A program made the position numbers and the translations under genes. Positions 41,338-50,035 of a DNA stretch of 64,000 bases are shown here, piece by piece. The first letter of the stretch is position 1, and each line of letters opens with the position of its first letter. Below the pieces are notes generated by a model. The model saw only the letters and a list, made by a program, of their open reading frames with translations, was not told the origin of the DNA and ran no database searches. Source of the stretch: an uncultured Verrucomicrobiota bacterium (GTDB lineage: Bacteria > Verrucomicrobiota > Kiritimatiellia > CAIQIC01 > CAZMXS01); contig CAZMXS010000011.1 in NCBI GenBank assembly GCA_964570325.1, forward strand, positions 23,287 to 87,286, given 5' to 3'.

Positions 41338-41862
41338 TCACGGCCCGCTGCCCATCGGCTCCAACTCGCTGCCATCCTCCTGGATCAGCACCCACCGGTT
41401 GGTCATGATACGGCGCGGCCGGTCGGGTTCCAGTGCGTACAGGCCGCGGCCGTCGCAACGGGGGCAGGTCTGGCAATAGCCGGATTTTTCATCCATGACG
41501 CGCCCCAGTCCGCCGCAGGCCGTGCACAGGACCTCGTTGGTGCCGAACTTGCGGATGTCGTGGCCGCCGATGCCGAAGCAAAGCGGACATTTTTCCCGTT
41601 GGTCGGGATGTCCCCGGACGGGGACGGTTCCCGAGCCGCCGCAATGGTCGCAAGGGATATACTGGGTGTGCAGACGCAGGTGAAGCGTCTGCTTGAACAG
41701 ATCCTTGTGGCTGGAGATCCAGGTGCTTTGCATCAGCAGGATCGCGGGCATCATCAGGATGATGATGGTCGCGTACAGCGCGGTCCGCCGGCGCTTCTGT
41801 TCGTTGCGCTTGTGTCGGGCCAGCGCGTTCGCGGCGGTCCTGCTCCTGGGCATTTCAGTCAT
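41338..41862 (-). CDS. membrane-anchored DnaJ-type zinc-finger (4x CxxCxGxG) protein
   Basis: N-terminal basic region and one TM (LYATIIILMMPAILLM). Four perfect CxxCxGxG repeats: CDHCGGSG, CPLCFGIG, CTACGGLG, CPRCDGRG. Confidence 0.55.
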   Translation of the reverse strand: MTEMPRSRTAANALARHKRNEQKRRRTALYATIIILMMPAILLMQSTWISSHKDLFKQTLHLRLHTQYIPCDHCGGSGTVPVRGHPDQREKCPLCFGIGGHDIRKFGTNEVLCTACGGLGRVMDEKSGYCQTCPRCDGRGLYALEPDRPRRIMTNRWVLIQEDGSELEPMGSGP

Positions 41863-42754
41863 GCTTGCGTCCCCGTGCGATCCGGTCGTGGCCGGCGAGG
41901 TCGCGTTGGATCGCCACGTCCTGCCAGCCCGCGGCGCGCATCAATTCCGCGACCGCCGGACCCTGGTCCTCGCCGATCTCCATGAAAAGATAACCGCCCG
42001 CCCGGGTCCATGCCAAGCCTTCCCGAATCAAACGCCGGATGACCGCCAGGCCGTCGGGCCCCGCCGCGAGGGCCGCGCGCGGCTCGTGTTCGCGAATCAA
42101 CGCCGGCAATGCGGCCCATTGCGCCTCCGGCACATAGGGCGGGTTGGATACGATCAAGTCCAGTCCGTCCGGCGCGGCGTCCGGCGCCCATAAATCGGCG
42201 TGGATGAACCGGATCCGTTCCGCCGCGCCGAGCCGCGCGGCGTTTTGGGCGGCAAGTTCCAGCGCGGCGGCGCTGATATCCGTTGCATAGACCCGCGCCT
42301 GGGGCCGCGCCAGCGCGAGGGCAATGGCCACACAGCCGCTGCCGGTGCCGATGTCGGCCGCGCACGGCGCCGGCGCCCGCCACGCCCCGGCGGCCGCCAG
42401 CGCGGCGGCCACCAGCTCCTCGGTTTCCGGGCGCGGGATCAGCGCGCGCGGGTCGCAGCGGAGGAGGTGGCCCATGAAGTCGGTGTCGCCAAAGACATAT
42501 TGGAGCGGTTCCCCGTTGGAAACCCGCGCCGTCATGTTTTCCAATGCTTGGACGAATCCAACCGGCGCCGTCGCGGCGCGGCGCAAGGGCAGTTCCAACG
42601 GGCGGCAGCCCAGGGCGCGCGCGACCAGTTGGCCGGCGACGCCGTCAGGCTCGGGCACGCCGGCGGCCGCGAGGCGCGCCGCCGCGGCGCGCCAATGTCC
42701 CTGGATGGTGGCTCCGTTTTCCATGACCGGATTCTGCAAGCTGCCGGAAGCCAT
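41855..42754 (-). CDS. prmC: peptide chain release factor N5-glutamine methyltransferase
   Basis: IVSNPPY motif and SAM-binding DIGTGSG. The ORF-track start at 42928 is trimmed to the ATG at 42754; an alternative ATG is at 42724. Confidence 0.8.
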   Translation of the reverse strand: MASGSLQNPVMENGATIQGHWRAAAARLAAAGVPEPDGVAGQLVARALGCRPLELPLRRAATAPVGFVQALENMTARVSNGEPLQYVFGDTDFMGHLLRCDPRALIPRPETEELVAAALAAAGAWRAPAPCAADIGTGSGCVAIALALARPQARVYATDISAAALELAAQNAARLGAAERIRFIHADLWAPDAAPDGLDLIVSNPPYVPEAQWAALPALIREHEPRAALAAGPDGLAVIRRLIREGLAWTRAGGYLFMEIGEDQGPAVAELMRAAGWQDVAIQRDLAGHDRIARGRKHD

Positions 42755-42990
42755 GACAAGCAGATCGCGCGGCGCGCGGACAGGCGGCGGGCTGCATCGG
42801 CTTGTTCGCGCTTGGCAGGATCGTTTGGGTCGCGGTATAAAACAGGGCCAATCAAAGAAGCGTATGGATTGAATGGCGATGGCCAATACAACAGGGCGCA
42901 ACCCGGGGAAATCCGCGGGATACTGCATTATGAAACCCGTGAGCCGCGCCAGCCGCTGATCTTCGCGGCCGGTCGCGCCGCCGTCGGGTT

Positions 42991-44019
42991 TTGACTATTG
43001 CCATGTTGGAGGATGTTAAGCTGATGGCCCAAAACGACAACCAAGCCGCGGTGGCGGCTGTGCCGCGCGTGGAGTGGGAGGCGCTGCTGCGGTGCATGCT
43101 GCGCGCGCGCGCAATTGACGAGCGCCTGATCCGGCTCTACCACCAGGGCCGGATTTTCGGCGGCGTCTACACGGGGGTTGGGCAGGAGGGGATCGGCGCG
43201 GCGACCGCGCGCGCCGGCGGCCCGGCCGACCTGTTCGCCCCGTGCATCCGGGACATGACCGTCCACCTGGCGCGCGGCGAATCCGTGCTCAACATCTTCC
43301 GGCAGTTCCTCGGGCGCGTGACCGGGCCGACGCGCGGGCGCGACGGCAACGTCCACTACGGCAACCTGGACCATGGGGTGTACGCGATGATCTCGCATCT
43401 GGGCGCGATGTTGCCGGTCGTGACCGGCGCCGTGATGGCCCGCCGCCGGCGCGGCGCGGATAGCGTCGGCGTGGCTTACATTGGCGACGGCGCGACCAGC
43501 ACCGGCGATTTTCACGAGGCGGTCAATTTCGCGGCGGTGTTCGACGTGCCGGTGATCTTCGTGATCGAGAACAACAAGTTCGCCTATTCCACCCCCAATG
43601 CGCGCCAGTATCGCTGTCGGCGGCTGGTCGAGCGCGCCGCCGGGTATGGCATCGAGGGGATTGCGGCCGATGGCAACCACCCCGTCGAACTGTATCTCCT
43701 GACCCGCCAGTTGATGGCGCGGCTGCGCGCGGAACCGCGGCCGGTGCTGCTGGAGTGCGACACGATGCGTATGCGCGGACACGGCGAGCACGATGATTAT
43801 GCCTATGTGCCCCGGGAGTTGCTCGAACAATACGCCGCCCGCGACCCGATTCGCGTGGCCGCCCGCGCGCTGGCTGATGCCGGTGTGCTGGGCCCGGAGA
43901 CCGTCGCGGCGCTCGAGCGCGAGGTGCAGGAGGAGATTGACCGCGCTTACCACCAGGCGCTGGCGGAACCCGCGCCCGGCGCGGAAACGCTGCTGGAGGG
44001 GGTTTATGCCGACGGCTGA
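42991..44019 (+). CDS. pdhA: 2-oxoacid (pyruvate/acetoin) dehydrogenase E1 component alpha subunit (ThDP-binding)
   Basis: ThDP motif GDGATSTGDFHEAVNFAAVFDVPVIFVIENN. Confidence 0.85.
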   Translation: MTIAMLEDVKLMAQNDNQAAVAAVPRVEWEALLRCMLRARAIDERLIRLYHQGRIFGGVYTGVGQEGIGAATARAGGPADLFAPCIRDMTVHLARGESVLNIFRQFLGRVTGPTRGRDGNVHYGNLDHGVYAMISHLGAMLPVVTGAVMARRRRGADSVGVAYIGDGATSTGDFHEAVNFAAVFDVPVIFVIENNKFAYSTPNARQYRCRRLVERAAGYGIEGIAADGNHPVELYLLTRQLMARLRAEPRPVLLECDTMRMRGHGEHDDYAYVPRELLEQYAARDPIRVAARALADAGVLGPETVAALEREVQEEIDRAYHQALAEPAPGAETLLEGVYADG

Positions 44020-44989
44020 AATCACCTACCTGGAGGCCATCCGCCAGGGATTGCGGCGGTTGCTGAAGGAAGATCCGAACGTCCTGCTGTTCGGCGAGGA
44101 CATCGGCGCGTTCGGCGGCGCGTTCAAGGTCACGCTCGGTCTGCAGCAGGAGTTTGGCGCCGACCGCGTGTTCGACACGCCGATCAGCGAATCGGCCATC
44201 CTCGGCGCCGCGATTGGCATGGCCACGCAGGGGTTGCGCCCGGTGGTGGAGCTGCAGTTTGTGGATTTCGGCATGACGGCGCTCCACCAGATCCTGAACA
44301 ACGCCGGCACCACGCATTACCGGACGGGCGTGGCGGTGCCGATGACCGTGCGCGCGCCATGCGGCGGCGGGTTCGGCGGCGGGCCGTTCCATTCCGAGGA
44401 ACTCGAGGCGCTGTTCTGCCATATGCCCGGCATCAAGGTGGTCTATCCCGCGTTCCCGTCGGACGCGCGCGCGCTGATCTATTCCGCCGTCCGGGATCCG
44501 AACCCGGTGATCTTCCTGGAGAACAAGTACCTGTATCGGCACGTGAAGGAGCTGATGTCGGAGCGGTTCGATCCCGTGACGCTGGGCCTGGCGCGCGTCT
44601 GCCGCGTCGGCCGCGACGCGGTGATCCTTACCTACGGCGCGATGGTGCATGAGGCGTTGCGCGCGGCCGAGCGCGTCTCGGCCGACGAGGGCTACGAGGC
44701 GATGGTGGTGGATATGCGCACGCTCAAGCCCTACGACGCCGAGACGGTCCTGGCGGCGGTCGCGGCGACCAACCGCGTGCTGATCGTGCACGAGGGCTGG
44801 CGCACCGGCGGGTTCGGCGCGGAGCTGGCGGCGCTCGTGGCCGAGCGCGCCTTTCACCTGTTGGATGCGCCGGTGCGGCGGGTTGCCGCGCCCGATTGTC
44901 CCGTGCCGTTTGCGCCCGATTTGGAAAAGGTATACCGCCCCTCGCACGAGGCGATCGGCGAGGCGCTGATCGAACTGATCGAGTATTGA
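44006..44989 (+). CDS. pdhB: 2-oxoacid dehydrogenase E1 component beta subunit
   Basis: ATG at 44006 (MPTAEITYLEAIRQGL...) overlapping the E1alpha end. Transketolase-like Pyr and C-terminal domains. Confidence 0.9.
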   Translation: MPTAEITYLEAIRQGLRRLLKEDPNVLLFGEDIGAFGGAFKVTLGLQQEFGADRVFDTPISESAILGAAIGMATQGLRPVVELQFVDFGMTALHQILNNAGTTHYRTGVAVPMTVRAPCGGGFGGGPFHSEELEALFCHMPGIKVVYPAFPSDARALIYSAVRDPNPVIFLENKYLYRHVKELMSERFDPVTLGLARVCRVGRDAVILTYGAMVHEALRAAERVSADEGYEAMVVDMRTLKPYDAETVLAAVAATNRVLIVHEGWRTGGFGAELAALVAERAFHLLDAPVRRVAAPDCPVPFAPDLEKVYRPSHEAIGEALIELIEY

Positions 44990-45004
44990 GGCAAGGATAG
45001 CGCC

Positions 45005-46288
45005 ATGAAACAGACGCAGGTCGTGATGCCGCAGATGGGCCAGAGCGTGGCGGAGGGCACCATTATCCGGTGGAAGAAGAAAGTGGGGGATTCGGTCGAG
45101 GCGGACGAGGTGCTGCTTGAAGTGGAGACCGATAAGACGACGGTGGACGTGGAAAGTCCCGCCGCCGGCCGCCTGGCCAGTTGCCTGAAGCAGGCGGGCG
45201 AGATTGCCGCCGCCGGCGAGGTGATTGGCGTGATCGAGGGTGAGGGGGAGGAACCGCCCGCTGCGCCCGCGGATCAGCCGCACGCCGCCGGCGGTAAACA
45301 GGAGCAGATCCGCGTCTCGACGGCGTCGCTTTCGTTCGGCTTTAACAGCGCCGCGCCGTTGCCCGACATTGATCGCGATCGCTATTCACCCTATGTGCTG
45401 CGGCTGGCGATGCTGAACAACGTCACCATCCAGGAGTTGGAGGCCATCCAGGGCACCGGCCGCCACGGGCGCGTGACCAAGAACGACATTCTCCAGTACC
45501 TGGCCCGCCGCCCCGTCGCCTCGGTCTCAATGGAGCAGTTGACCGGCAAGGAGGAGCTTTCGCCGCAGGACCTGGCCGCGCTGGGCCGGGTGGTGCCGAT
45601 GACTACGGTGCGCCGGACAATCGCCGATCACATGGTCCAGTCGCTCCGCACCAGCGCGCATGTGACCATGGTCCACGCGGTGGACCTGACGCATGTGGTC
45701 AACCTGCGCCGGCGGGTGAAGGAGGAGTTTGAAAAACGCTTCGCCGCGCGCATGACCTACACCGGTGTGCTGCTGTTTGTCACCGCCCGGGTGCTGAAGG
45801 ACTTCCCGACGATCAACGCCTCCGTTCACGGCACGAACCTGATCCTGCGCAACGAGATCAATATCGGCTGCGCCGTCGCCCTGCCGGATGAAAGCCTCGT
45901 GGTGCCGGTGGTCCGCCACGCGGATAAGAAGAGCTTCCCCGAGATCGCCCGCGACCTGGACCGCCTGATCGGTTTGGCCCGGGGCAAGGCCCTGCGCCGC
46001 GAGGACGTGGACAGCGGGACGTTCACCATCTCCAACTTCGGCTCATTCGGGAGCATCATTGGTACGCCGCTGATCAACCAGCCGCAGGTCGCGATCCTCG
46101 GCATGGGCGCGGTCTTCGAGACGCCGGTGGTGTATGAGCGGAAAATCCAGGTTCGCGACCGGCTCTACTTGAGTTTCTCGTTCGACCATCGCGTGATTGA
46201 CGGCGCCATGGGCGGACGGTTTCTCAACGCCATCCAGACCGCCACCGAGGCGCTGACCGAGGACGATTTGAACCTGGGTTCGTTGTAG
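45005..46288 (+). CDS. pdhC: dihydrolipoamide acyltransferase E2 component (lipoyl domain plus catalytic domain)
   Basis: Lipoyl-lysine motif EVETDKTTVDVESP. Catalytic DHRVIDGA. Confidence 0.9.
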   Translation: MKQTQVVMPQMGQSVAEGTIIRWKKKVGDSVEADEVLLEVETDKTTVDVESPAAGRLASCLKQAGEIAAAGEVIGVIEGEGEEPPAAPADQPHAAGGKQEQIRVSTASLSFGFNSAAPLPDIDRDRYSPYVLRLAMLNNVTIQELEAIQGTGRHGRVTKNDILQYLARRPVASVSMEQLTGKEELSPQDLAALGRVVPMTTVRRTIADHMVQSLRTSAHVTMVHAVDLTHVVNLRRRVKEEFEKRFAARMTYTGVLLFVTARVLKDFPTINASVHGTNLILRNEINIGCAVALPDESLVVPVVRHADKKSFPEIARDLDRLIGLARGKALRREDVDSGTFTISNFGSFGSIIGTPLINQPQVAILGMGAVFETPVVYERKIQVRDRLYLSFSFDHRVIDGAMGGRFLNAIQTATEALTEDDLNLGSL

Positions 46289-46428
46289 AAGCGCAAAGTC
46301 GGCGCTCCAGCCTGAGCGGCGTCGCCTCCTTTTGTGGGACTGGCCGACGAGGCCGGCCGCGCTCGCCCGCTCAACCGGGAACTCTCGCCTTGACGCCCGC
46401 CAATTTGCTCTGCTAGTTTCCGCGCCCC

Positions 46429-46575
46429 ATGGGACAGCAATTAAGAACGCGCGTGAAGCGCGCGGCGCGTCGGCGCCGCGAAAAACGGCTGAAACAGAAG
46501 GCCCGTGCCGCAGGCAAGGCCAAGCCGGCGGTCAAGTCCGCCCCGGCCGCGGATGCCGCGCCGGCCAAGGCTTGA
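46429..46575 (+). CDS. small Lys/Arg-rich basic protein (48 aa, hypothetical)
   Basis: ATG at 46429. MGQQLRTRVKRAARRRREKRLKQKARAAGKAKPAVKSAPAADAAPAKA. Followed within 25 nt by a strong hairpin/T-run terminator. No obvious SD. Not in the ORF track because it is under 60 aa. Confidence 0.3.
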   Translation: MGQQLRTRVKRAARRRREKRLKQKARAAGKAKPAVKSAPAADAAPAKA

Positions 46576-46600
46576 AGCGCCAGCCAGCCGATGCCGGTTT

Positions 46601-46658
46601 AAACCCTCGTTCGCCGCGGCAGGAGATGATTCCGCGCCGGGGACGAAGAGGGTTTTTT
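46601..46658 (+). terminator. rho-independent terminator-like hairpin with T6
   Basis: AAACCCTCGTTCGCCGCGGC...GCGCCGGGGACGAAGAGGGTTTTTTG has 8-bp perfect outer arms (AAACCCTC/GAGGGTTT) and an extended imperfect stem, followed by a T-run. Confidence 0.45.
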
Positions 46659-46733
46659 GTGCTTATTTCCAACAATGCGCGCGTGACAAGTCCGTTCGCT
46701 TGGGCTATCAATTAAAGGATAAAGGGGGATGCG

Positions 46734-47087
46734 ATGATCCTGGTAGTTGATGATGACCGAGTGCTGACCCAGTTGCTCAAGACGCTGCTGGAGGAGGCGG
46801 GTTACGAGGTGCGCGTGGCTTATGACGGCGAAACCGCGTATAAACATCTCAAGGATCCCAAGTGCAAGGGGATGCTCCTCGACATCCGGATGCCCGGCTT
46901 CAATGGCGCCGAACTGCTTATGCTCATGGCCGCCGAGGGGATCAAGGTGCCGGTCATTGTGATGGCCGGCTTCCCTGATTTCGACGAGGAGGAGATGAAG
47001 CAGTTCTCCAACGTGAAGAAGTTTTTTCACAAACCGCTGTATCCTGAGGATGTGCTGGCGGCCGTCCGGGAACACTGCCGCAAATGA
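46734..47087 (+). CDS. single-domain response regulator (CheY-like receiver)
   Basis: MILVVDDDRVLTQLLKTLL...MLLDIRMPGFNG...HKPL. Receiver Asp and Lys present. Confidence 0.75.
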   Translation: MILVVDDDRVLTQLLKTLLEEAGYEVRVAYDGETAYKHLKDPKCKGMLLDIRMPGFNGAELLMLMAAEGIKVPVIVMAGFPDFDEEEMKQFSNVKKFFHKPLYPEDVLAAVREHCRK

Positions 47088-48064
47088 CGGGCGTCAGGGC
47101 GCCGAATCTTTGCCCGCCGGGCATGCATGCCGTCCCTCCCACTCTGAAATGGCTGGCGGTCCCGCTCCTGGCCGTCCTTTCCGCCTGCGCCACCGCTCGC
47201 GCCCCGTTTTCGCCATACCATTCCGACCGCCGGGTCAAGCCCGTGTTGGCGGTGACGGATTTTGAAAACTTGAGCGGTTTTTCCGGCCAGTGGAATCTCG
47301 GCGGCGGGATGGCCGACCTGTTGGTCACCGCGTTGATGGATTCCCGGAAGGCGATTGTCCTGGAGCGACAGCACATCGGCGATGTCATTGGCGAGCTGGT
47401 GCGCCAGGGTCAGGGCTTGTTTCGCCCCGAGGGCCGCGCGCCAAAGGGACGGCTGAAGAACGCGCGGTTCCTTGTGCGCGGAGTCATCACCGATTTCACC
47501 GTCACCGGCGACGCTTCCGGCTGGTTCGCCACGCCCGGCGGCGCGGCTCGCGTGCGGGGCTCGCAGGCTCGCGTGGCCATCAATGTCAAGGTGTACGACG
47601 TGGAGAGCGGCGAGGTGGTCTGCTCCGTCAAGACCGACGGCACGGCCTCGGCCGGCGGCGCCGGCGGCGCAGTCAACTACAAGCATATCGCGTTCGGCGG
47701 CGATGTCTTTTTTCGCACTCCCCTCGGCCGCGCGACGGAGGAGGCGATCGCGGATGCGGTCAGCCGGATCCTGCGCGGCCTGCCGGTCGAATACTGGACG
47801 CCGCTGATCGCGGACACCGGACCGGACTTTGTGGTGATCAATGGCGGCGAAAACGTGCGGGTGGACGTCGGCGATATCTTCACGGTGCGCGAGCCCAGCC
47901 GCAATATCACCGACCCCGCCACCGGGAATGTTATTGAAAACGTGGCCGGCGCGGCGGTGGGCAAGGTGCGGGTCACGGAAGTCAAACCGATGTCCGCCCA
48001 CGCCGTCTTGATCAGCGGCGCCGGCCCGCTGCGGCGTGGACAGGTGCTGGAAGCGGCGGAATGA
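47084..48064 (+). CDS. CsgG-family lipoprotein (curli-type secretion/assembly component-like)
   Basis: ATGA overlap with the receiver gene at 47084. An alternative ATG at 47123 gives a 22-aa lipoprotein signal, MHAVPPTLKWLAVPLLAVLSAC. CsgG core KPVLAVTDFENLSGFSGQWNLGGGMADLLVTALMDSRKAIVLER. Confidence 0.7.
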   Translation: MTGVRAPNLCPPGMHAVPPTLKWLAVPLLAVLSACATARAPFSPYHSDRRVKPVLAVTDFENLSGFSGQWNLGGGMADLLVTALMDSRKAIVLERQHIGDVIGELVRQGQGLFRPEGRAPKGRLKNARFLVRGVITDFTVTGDASGWFATPGGAARVRGSQARVAINVKVYDVESGEVVCSVKTDGTASAGGAGGAVNYKHIAFGGDVFFRTPLGRATEEAIADAVSRILRGLPVEYWTPLIADTGPDFVVINGGENVRVDVGDIFTVREPSRNITDPATGNVIENVAGAAVGKVRVTEVKPMSAHAVLISGAGPLRRGQVLEAAE

Positions 48065-48226
48065 GGAGACGGAAGGGATGGTGAACGGTGAAGGTGGCAA
48101 CCTGAGTGAGGAGACCTGAAACCTGAAGGTGGAAGGGCAAAGGCGGGGATGCAAATGCAGACATGGAACTTCAATTGGCATTGGGCATTTGGCCGTCCAT
48201 AATCTTGTTGATCGCAATTTTTTTCC

Positions 48227-48823
48227 ATGATCACGTTTCTCGAAGGCAAGCTGGAGGCGAAGGATCCGACCCGCGTGGTGCTCAATGTCGCCGGTGTCGG
48301 TTACGAGGTCTTCATCCCATTGAGCAGTTACGACCGCCTGCCCGCGCCCGGAGGCACGGTGCGGTTGCTGACCCACGATCATATTCGCGAAGACGTCCAT
48401 GCGTTGTATGGATTCATGACGGCGCCGGAGCGCGAGCTGTTTCTGCTGTTGATGACCGTCAGCGGTATCGGACCCAAGGTGGCGCTTGGGGCGCTCAGCG
48501 GGCTGGCCGTGCGCGATTTGCGGGCGGCCATTGTTCAGGCCGACATCAAGCGCTTGAGCTCGATTTCGGGCATCGGCAAGAAAACCGCCGAGCGCATGGT
48601 GGTCGAGCTGAAAGACAAGCTGGGCGCCGGCGCGGCGCTGGAGGCGCTGGCCGGCGCGGCCGAGCCCGGCCCGGCTTCGCTCAAGGCGCGCGACGCGATT
48701 CTGGCCCTGATTTCCCTCGGCTATAAGCAGGCCGAGGCCCAACAACTGATTGAAAAAGCGACGGCTGCGCTCGGCCCCGATGCGGGCGTCGAGGAACTCG
48801 TCCGCCGCGCGTTGGCGCGGTAA
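48227..48823 (+). CDS. ruvA: Holliday junction branch-migration complex subunit RuvA
   Basis: MITFLEGKL... OB domain, HhH motifs (GIGPKVAL, GIGKKTAE), C-terminal domain III. Confidence 0.9.
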   Translation: MITFLEGKLEAKDPTRVVLNVAGVGYEVFIPLSSYDRLPAPGGTVRLLTHDHIREDVHALYGFMTAPERELFLLLMTVSGIGPKVALGALSGLAVRDLRAAIVQADIKRLSSISGIGKKTAERMVVELKDKLGAGAALEALAGAAEPGPASLKARDAILALISLGYKQAEAQQLIEKATAALGPDAGVEELVRRALAR

Positions 48824-48897
48824 TCCTTCCTCCGCTGGCGTCCCGAAAACCGGTGTTAGGCGTTTTCATTTGGCATCGGTTGCGCTAACCTTGCTCC

Positions 48898-50031
48898 ATG
48901 TCGCCGACGGATCAACTGGTAATGGAAACCGGCCGCGAACCGGATGGAGCATTGCGGATCGCGCTGCATGGCCGGCTGGACATCCACACGGCCGGCGGGG
49001 TGTGGGCGGACGCCGTGCGCGCCCTGGATGAATTGGACGGGCGCAAACTGGTGATTGACGCGGCGGCGGTCAGCTACTGCGACGGGGCGGGGGTCGGGTT
49101 GCTGGTCGAATTATGCCGGCGGCGCGGGCGCGCGGGTGCCGGCTGGGAAGTGCGCGGGTTGCGCCCCGAATTTCAGCACATCTTCAACTTGTTCAATCCC
49201 GATGATTTCGCGCCGATGCCGCATGCGCCCCATCGCCTGGCCGCCTGGCCGGAGGAGGTGGGGCGCGCGGTCGGGCGCGTCGCGGTTGACCTGCGTCAGC
49301 AGATTGGTTTTGTCGGCGAGCTGTCCGCGGCGGTGGCCATGGCGATACGGCATCCGGGCCGGGTGCGGTGGGGCGATATTCTGCGGGTGATGGAACTGGC
49401 GGGGGTCAACGCCCTGCCGATCGTCGCCCTGATCGGGCTTCTGCTCGGGTTGATCCTGGCCTTCCAGTCGGCGATCGCTCTCAGCCGCTATGGCGCCGAG
49501 CTGTTTGTCGCCAATCTGGTCGCGCTCTCCCTGTTTCGCGAACTGGGGCCGTTGATGACGGCGATCATTTTGACGGCCCGATCCGGTTCCGCGTTTGCGG
49601 CGGAGATTGGCACCATGAAGGTCAACGAGGAGGTGGACGCGCTGATCACGATGGGTCTGGACCCCGTGCGCTTCCTGGTGGTGCCGCGCGTGCTGGGGGC
49701 GGTGGTGGTGACGCCGCTGCTGACGGTTTTCGCGAACCTGTTCGGACTGATCGGCGCGGCGGTTGTCGTGCGCTCGCTGGGCTATCCGCTGGTGACCTAT
49801 GTCAACCAGGTGGTATCGGCCGTCAATGTGACCGCGGCGGTCGGCGGACTGGTCAAGGCATTTGTTTTTGGCGTGCTGGTGGCGGCGGTTGGCTGCCTGC
49901 GCGGCTTGCAGACGCAGAGCGGCGCCAGCGCCGTGGGCGACGCCACCACGCGCGCCGTGGTCAGCGGCATCGTCCTGATTGTGTTGGCGGACGGGTTGTT
50001 TTCGGTCCTGTTTTACTACCTGGGGGTCTAG
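48898..50031 (+). CDS. mlaE: MlaE-family ABC permease with N-terminal STAS-domain fusion
   Basis: The N-terminal ~100 aa is STAS-like (LVIDAAAVSYCDGAGVGLLVEL). The C-terminal ~260 aa is the MlaE/Ttg2B permease (RSGSAFAAEIGTMKVNEEVDAL). Confidence 0.8.
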   Translation: MSPTDQLVMETGREPDGALRIALHGRLDIHTAGGVWADAVRALDELDGRKLVIDAAAVSYCDGAGVGLLVELCRRRGRAGAGWEVRGLRPEFQHIFNLFNPDDFAPMPHAPHRLAAWPEEVGRAVGRVAVDLRQQIGFVGELSAAVAMAIRHPGRVRWGDILRVMELAGVNALPIVALIGLLLGLILAFQSAIALSRYGAELFVANLVALSLFRELGPLMTAIILTARSGSAFAAEIGTMKVNEEVDALITMGLDPVRFLVVPRVLGAVVVTPLLTVFANLFGLIGAAVVVRSLGYPLVTYVNQVVSAVNVTAAVGGLVKAFVFGVLVAAVGCLRGLQTQSGASAVGDATTRAVVSGIVLIVLADGLFSVLFYYLGV

Positions 50032-50035
50032 GCGG

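Noticed and set aside
44560-44580. tRNA-like GGTTCGA T-loop strings (also at 27400 and 43544)
   Set aside because: All fall inside well-supported protein-coding sequences and lack acceptor and anticodon stem complementarity.
43523-45283. 586-aa minus-strand ORF across the pdh operon
   Set aside because: It is antisense to the E1alpha and E1beta genes, Pro/Arg/Gly-rich, with no motifs.
48172-48194. Sigma-54 promoter (TGGCA...) in the ATTGGC heptad region
   Set aside because: There is no TTGC element at the required -12 spacing. The pattern is better described as tandem heptads.
47027-48745. 572-aa minus-strand ORF
   Set aside because: It is antisense to the CsgG-like gene and ruvA. It is a shadow ORF.
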